From positions 1 to 24,792 of the forward strand of contig CALKEP010000042.1 of the NCBI GenBank assembly GCA_938084645.1: DNA of 24,792 nucleotides, read 5' to 3'. This document shows positions 24,667 through 24,792 of the stretch, in pieces. The position numbers and the translations under genes were made by a program. Under the pieces are notes generated by a model. It was not told the DNA's origin. It saw only the letters and a program-made list of their open reading frames with translations, and did no database searches. The stretch's first letter is position 1, and each line of letters opens with the position of its first letter. The stretch comes from an uncultured Phycisphaerales bacterium. GTDB taxonomy: Bacteria; Planctomycetota; Phycisphaerae; Phycisphaerales; SM1A02.

Positions 24667-24792
24667 TCAGCGGTCCGCCATCGCTTTTTCAATCGCGGCG
24701 ACGCTCTTCGGAATACCACTCGTCAGGTTCACGCATCCGTCACGGGTGACGATGACGTCGTCTTCGATGCGAACACCGAAGTTCTCGTCCGG
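24667..24792 (-). CDS. C-terminus of an M24 Xaa-Pro aminopeptidase (5' part outside window)
   Basis: Hand translation PDENFGVRIEDDVIVTRDGCVNLTSGIPKSVAAIEKAMADR*. GVRIEDD carries the last metal ligand of aminopeptidase P. Confidence 0.88.
   Translation of the reverse strand, partial: PDENFGVRIEDDVIVTRDGCVNLTSGIPKSVAAIEKAMADR

Overview
High-GC bacterial chromosomal window, most likely Planctomycetota/Phycisphaerales (inferred from the dockerin-like 'C-P-x-D-L-N-x-D-G-x-V-D-G-x-D-L...W-G' tails and the gene styles). It holds 18 supportable CDSs, two of them partial at the window edges and missing from the ORF track: an SGNH-type hydrolase (left) and an M24 aminopeptidase P C-terminus (right). 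Other contents: M20/M42 peptidase, Na+/solute symporter, a blaI/M56 pair, RibBX, an S8 protease, an Arg-less Rid protein, a co-oriented run of exported proteins (LolA-like, TPR+HExxH peptidase, FG-GAP propeller, two dockerin-tailed proteins), a serine racemase/dehydratase, a TPP riboswitch with thiC, a GT2 and a small membrane protein. I found no mobile element, CRISPR array, tRNA or rRNA. The most unusual locus is the BlaI/M56 module. It has two palindromic operators 31 bp apart. The M56 protein replaces the penicillin-binding sensor with a recently expanded A-B-A-A-A-B-B array of Met-rich helical repeats. An in-frame internal AGGAGG-N7-ATG start, followed by a signal-peptide-like segment, could yield the repeat array as a separate secreted protein. 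A second theme is four proteins sharing a dockerin-like tag in a peptidase-dense neighbourhood. All functional proposals are inference from motifs read by eye; no searches were run.
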